From a virus (Duplodnaviria; Caudoviricetes): a stretch of DNA of 64,000 nucleotides. The stretch is taken from IMG/VR virus record IMGVR_UViG_3300047160_017115, positions 23,879 to 87,878 of that record; one strand, written 5' to 3'. A program made the position numbers and the translations under genes. Numbering within the stretch: the first letter of the stretch is position 1; every line of letters begins with the position of its first letter. Positions 61,729-64,000 of the stretch are shown in pieces. The notes under the pieces are model-generated. The model was not told where the DNA came from. It worked only from the letters and a program-made list of their open reading frames with translations, and did no database searches.

Positions 61729-61803
61729 CGCGTCCTCTGCGGGCCGTGGGTCTGGCCGGGGTATAATCCTCGCGTCAAGCCCACGGTCACGGAGGACCCT
61801 ACG

Positions 61804-64000
61804 GTGTCGCGATACGCCTCGCAGCCCTCGTTCCCCTCGCCGCCCCCGGGCGGCATGGCCCCCGGCTTCTCGGGGACGTTCGCCCTCTCCACGGGTCTGC
61901 CCACGATGGCGCGGTATGGGGCCGAAAACCCCAACCCCGTGGCCAACGTACAGCCCCCCACGACCATGAAGGCCGACGCCCAGGGGGCCATGCAGGCGCT
62001 CGCCAAGGCCGCCGCTGGCGCCACAGAGAATCCTCCGGCCCTGCCGCAGGCGCCGGCCCCGGCGCTGACGGCTGCCAAGCCCAAGGTCCGGGTCGCCGCG
62101 CGCACCCTGACCCCTCCCACCATCCTCTCTGGTCAGGCCAAGCTCGGGAGTGCTCACAAGCAGGCCTACCAGGACAACTCGGCTGAACGCCTCTCCGCCT
62201 CGGGCGAGTCGAAGGGCCTGGCGTTCGCCAACGCCGGCCCGACGGTCTACGGCAACGACGCCTGGGACCTCTCACACTGGGCCCGCAAGGGCTACCGCAA
62301 GGACGTGACGCCGTTCGAGCCTGGCAAGCACGGTGGGCTCCCGCGCGACCACGATAAGGTGAGCGAGGACACCGACTTCGTGCGCGGCTTCCTCGCCTCG
62401 TGCCGGGCCGCCGGCCTGAGCCGGGCACAGACGAAGGCGGCCGCCCTCAAGGCCGCGCAGTTTGCCCCCGAGGCCGCCGGCCCCCTGCACGACGTCGCCC
62501 GCGACGTGCACGTCGACGGCGACATCGAGCTCCCTCCCGGGGCCGTACACACGGCCCTCGGTCTCCTCGGGGCCGGTGCCGTGGGTGGCGGTCTCGTGGG
62601 TGGTGCCGGCCTCGGCCTGGCTCGTGCCCCGCGTGGTTATGCCATGCAGGGTATGGCCCGTGGCGCTTCCCTGGGCGGTCACACGATGGCGGGAGCAGGC
62701 CTCGGCGGTCTGGGCGGCTACCTGGCCGCGAGTGAGCTCTCGGACAACCCGTACGCCCGTCTGGCTGGTGGCCTGGGCGGGGCGGCCCTCGGCGGCTATG
62801 GTGCCCTCAACCTCGGCCGCGGCGTCCTCGGCAAGCCGCCGTGGGAAGAGGAACAGGAGAAGGAGGGGGCGTTCCCCTTCACCGCGTCACACGTGGCCGG
62901 GGCCCTCGGCTCGGCCGTCGGCGCTCCCATGGGGCCTGCTTCCGGTGCCGTGGGTTACGGTATCGGCGCCGGTGCCATGAGCGGGGGCATGAGCGGCTAC
63001 AAGATGGCCCCCCGTGGGGCCCTCAACAAGGCGGTGGGTTCGCTCGGCGGCGCTGCCCTCGGTGGGGCCCTGGGCGGCATGTCCGCACGAGGCTCGCTGG
63101 GGGCACAGAGCCCAAAACCGGTTTCGGGGATGGGTAAGTCGGCCGCCGGCTTTGGTGAAGTCCTGAACGCCGGCAAGGGCCTCTTCAACGCCGCCCGCCC
63201 GCTCGCCTCGAAGGCCAAGGCCTTCATGGGGGGCGTCGGCGGGCACCTTGACGACGCGGCCGCTGCCATGGGCCCTCGGGCCCAGAACGCGTGGCACTGG
63301 TTGTCGCACGAGCCGGCGGCCCTCGAGTCGGCGGGGGGTATCGCCGGCGTACCCGCCAAGATTAACCCTGGGTGGAGGAATGTCCTCGGCGCCGGTGCCC
63401 AGACGGCGGGAGGTGCCTTCGTCGGCGCCCAGACTGGTAACGACCTGGCCGGCGGCGACAGCTGGGCCGGTACGCTCGGCGGCGGCGTCGTGGGTGGCCT
63501 GATGGGCAACCCGGCGACCCGTTACATGATGAAGCAGAACCCCGCCGTCATGCGCGGCCTGTATCGCCCGGCCATGCTGAGCGCCGCGGGGTCCATGGCC
63601 GGTAGCGCGGGCGATACCCTGGCCGGCCTGGCCGGTCAGGACACGGGAGGTGCCATGGGGCGTTGGGGCGCCCGTGGTGGTCTCGCCGCAGGTCTGATGC
63701 CAGGAGTCGGCTCGAGGGCCTACGGCGGAGCGGCCGACATCGTGAAGGGCGTCGCGAACCTTGGAACCACGCCCGGGAGGATCGGCCTGGGCACCCAGGT
63801 CGCTGCCGGGCTGCCTCTCCTCGCCGGCGGCATGCAGATGGGCGTCAACCACATGGTCAACAAGGGGATCACCCAGGCGGTCAACAACCCGGAGTTGCGT
63901 GACCACGTCGCCCGCTCGATGGGTTTCGAGGGGGGCGAGGCGCAGGCCCAGCAGATGCTTGGCCAGGCCAAGAGCCTGCTGTCCCAGGGCCAGTCCATCA
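61804..64000 (+). CDS. Large Gly/Ala-rich glycine-zipper protein, probably virion-associated (runs off right edge; absent from ORF track)
   Basis: GTG 61804 after CGGAGG; frame open for more than 730 codons; repeated GAxxGGxxGG hydrophobic zippers and KSAA/KEGA motifs. Confidence 0.75.
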   Translation, partial: MSRYASQPSFPSPPPGGMAPGFSGTFALSTGLPTMARYGAENPNPVANVQPPTTMKADAQGAMQALAKAAAGATENPPALPQAPAPALTAAKPKVRVAARTLTPPTILSGQAKLGSAHKQAYQDNSAERLSASGESKGLAFANAGPTVYGNDAWDLSHWARKGYRKDVTPFEPGKHGGLPRDHDKVSEDTDFVRGFLASCRAAGLSRAQTKAAALKAAQFAPEAAGPLHDVARDVHVDGDIELPPGAVHTALGLLGAGAVGGGLVGGAGLGLARAPRGYAMQGMARGASLGGHTMAGAGLGGLGGYLAASELSDNPYARLAGGLGGAALGGYGALNLGRGVLGKPPWEEEQEKEGAFPFTASHVAGALGSAVGAPMGPASGAVGYGIGAGAMSGGMSGYKMAPRGALNKAVGSLGGAALGGALGGMSARGSLGAQSPKPVSGMGKSAAGFGEVLNAGKGLFNAARPLASKAKAFMGGVGGHLDDAAAAMGPRAQNAWHWLSHEPAALESAGGIAGVPAKINPGWRNVLGAGAQTAGGAFVGAQTGNDLAGGDSWAGTLGGGVVGGLMGNPATRYMMKQNPAVMRGLYRPAMLSAAGSMAGSAGDTLAGLAGQDTGGAMGRWGARGGLAAGLMPGVGSRAYGGAADIVKGVANLGTTPGRIGLGTQVAAGLPLLAGGMQMGVNHMVNKGITQAVNNPELRDHVARSMGFEGGEAQAQQMLGQAKSLLSQGQSI
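63114..63125. promoter_or_regulatory. AAAAC-S-GTTT(T/C) variant (intragenic)
   Basis: AAAACCGGTTTC, 4 nt before an in-frame ATG. Confidence 0.3.

Overview
GC-rich, densely coding segment of what is most likely a large tailed bacteriophage genome. Phage hallmarks are a partial terminase large subunit on the minus strand at the left edge, a probable portal, a P22AR-type antirepressor, a UDG-PolA fusion, primase, DnaB, RecA/UvsX, SbcCD, RuvC, ThyX, Dcd and an RNA ligase. The host cannot be determined from the sequence. Apart from the terminase and one tRNA-fMet, all credible genes are on the + strand. Most notable observations: (1) an adjacent pair of RNA-guided-system relatives, a degenerate IS110/Nop-like protein and a solo RAMP (Cas7/Cas6-like) protein, between sbcC and an SF2 helicase, with no CRISPR array in the window; (2) a dispersed, same-orientation 34-bp hairpin element (9 copies) with a compensatory stem change, a candidate RNA ligand or processing site; (3) a second dispersed near-palindrome AAAAC(S)GTTT(T/C) (13 copies), mostly upstream of starts; (4) three tandem sigma-70-like paralogs plus a stand-alone RNAP alpha-CTD; (5) a miniature ice-nucleation-protein homologue whose N-terminal domain is shared with four other phage paralogs; (6) hldE plus several glycosyltransferases. 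All family assignments come from motif recognition by eye, not database searches.
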